Shown here one piece after another: positions 62,701-64,000 of a DNA stretch of 64,000 nt. Both the position numbers and the translations under genes were made by a program. How positions within the stretch are numbered: position 1 is the first letter of the stretch; every line of letters starts with the position of its first letter. The DNA is from Macrostomum hystrix (lineage: Eukaryota > Animalia > Platyhelminthes). Where the stretch lies: contig CATNEN010000033.1 of NCBI GenBank assembly GCA_950097015.1, positions 4,774,001 through 4,838,000 on the forward strand, read 5' to 3'. Under the pieces are notes generated by a model. It had not been told where the DNA came from. It ran no database searches and saw only the letters and a list, made by a program, of their open reading frames with translations.

Positions 62701-64000
62701 GCCCGTTGCAGACTCCTTGAGGCAGCCTCTTGTACTGGAACAATCCCTGTGGCGCAGGAAATGCCGTTTTTTCACGACTCTCCGAGTCCAACATCACCTG
62801 AGAGTAGCCGCTGGTGAAATCTAGCGTCGAAAACATCGTGGACCCTGCCAAGGCGTCGATCAGATCGCTGGTGTGAGGCAGTGGATGACTGTCCTTCACG
62901 GTCACAGAGTTGAGCAGTCTGAAATCGTTCACGAAACGCAAACTACCGTCCTTCTTCTTCACCAGGATGACTGGGCTCGACCATGGAGAACTCGACGGCT
63001 CTACGATGTCGTCTCGCACCATCTGCTCGACCATCTCCGACACCGCTCGCTGGTTCGGAGGCGATAACCGCCGAGGAGGTACTCTGATGGGCTGGGCCGA
63101 CCCCGTGTCGATTTTGTGGTCTAGCAGTGTAGTGCAGCCCAGGTCGTTCGGACTCTTTGAAAACACATCTCGGTACTGATGCAGCATATCCTTGACACTT
63201 CGGACTTGATTGGCTGTCAGATTGTTCTCATCGATATGCACTTGCGCTACAACATCGGGTCCATGCTCAATTTCTTGGTCGTTCACTGACTCAACATGCA
63301 TTAGCGACTCCGTCTCCATCGGCTCGAAACTCCCCAGCTTGGTTCCGGGGTAAAAAGTATGAGGCTTAGTGTCCGTGTTGACATAGTGCACAGCGATGAG
63401 TCCGCCTCGCATCACAGAGAGGCTGCGCGCTCCACACAGGACATTTGAGATTTCCTTTGAATTGTCGGGCTCAAAGATTCCGCACTCACCATTAACAGCA
63501 GTCGCTGATCCAGTCGCAAGTCTCGCAGGAAACACGATTTCATGACCAGCGGGTACAGTTGTACGGTCCACCACTTCAACGGCGAATGCACCACTCCCTT
63601 GTGCTGAAGATTCCATTTTTACTAGCTGACCGCACACACTGAGCGTTTGCCGATTGCAGTCGATGATGCAGCCACAACTTCTCAGGAAATCTGCACCCAA
63701 CAAAAAATCCTTCGCCAGATCGTTGACGATCAACACCTCCTGCCGAACAGTCGCAACACCGAAACTCAGCTGCACTTCCTGCCAACCACAGGCTGCCAAA
63801 TAGTTGCCGTCTGCTAGCTTCAGATGCACGGGAGTCGCCAACGGCAAGAGTTTCTCATTCAGCTTACGAAACAGGGAACTCGACATCAGCGACTGTGAAC
63901 ACCCAGTGTCAACCAAACAGCTGGCAGGGACACCCATCGGCAGAATGCGGCACTGCACCAGCATGTTGGCGCCGGTGGCTGAGCAGGACACCTCCAGGAC
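59756..64000 (-). mobile_element. Ty3/Gypsy LTR retrotransposon, 3' part (runs off the window)
   Basis: pol in PR-RT-RH-IN order. Purine tract gaagaaggagagca followed by a putative 153-bp LTR (59908-59756) bounded by TGTAAG..CTTACA. The 5' LTR is not in the window, so the LTR extent is unconfirmed. Confidence 0.9.
60144..63991 (-). CDS. Gypsy pol with a 1-nt deletion frameshift at about 62612-62614
   Basis: LVDTG protease, RT with FLDD, RNase H TDASG/YCTTRRELLAIV, integrase HHCC and DF/TDQG/ERMN. Adding one T restores FSKGFEEHLRRLQLVLQKF. Confidence 0.9.

Overview
Eukaryotic (invertebrate animal) genomic DNA with spliced genes, young transposons and many minisatellites. The overall style suggests a flatworm such as Macrostomum, which is inference only. 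Host genes reconstructed by reading splice sites: two tandem class C GPCR paralogs (1-780 partial; 15189-17824), a 4-exon gene fusing about 15 ankyrin repeats to a cGAS-like/Mab-21 nucleotidyltransferase (10733-5922, minus), a 6-exon type II pantothenate kinase with a GC-AG first intron, NOP58, a C2H2 zinc-finger ORF, an 8-exon secreted double-vWA protein, and two small secreted proteins (PAN/apple-like; LamG/ConA-like). There is one tRNA gene, Ile with the unusual anticodon GAU. Mobile elements: a 5'-truncated Penelope-like element with an inverted 3' end and 14-bp TSD, an intact DD34D mariner, a full-length BEL/Pao element with identical 290-bp LTRs, the 3' part of a Ty3/Gypsy element, a degenerate LINE fragment, two MITEs and tRNA-derived SINE-like relics. 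Most long repetitive ORFs in the supplied track are minisatellite artefacts. The best candidate for an interesting system is the ankyrin-cGLR fusion, a putative innate-immune second-messenger synthase.
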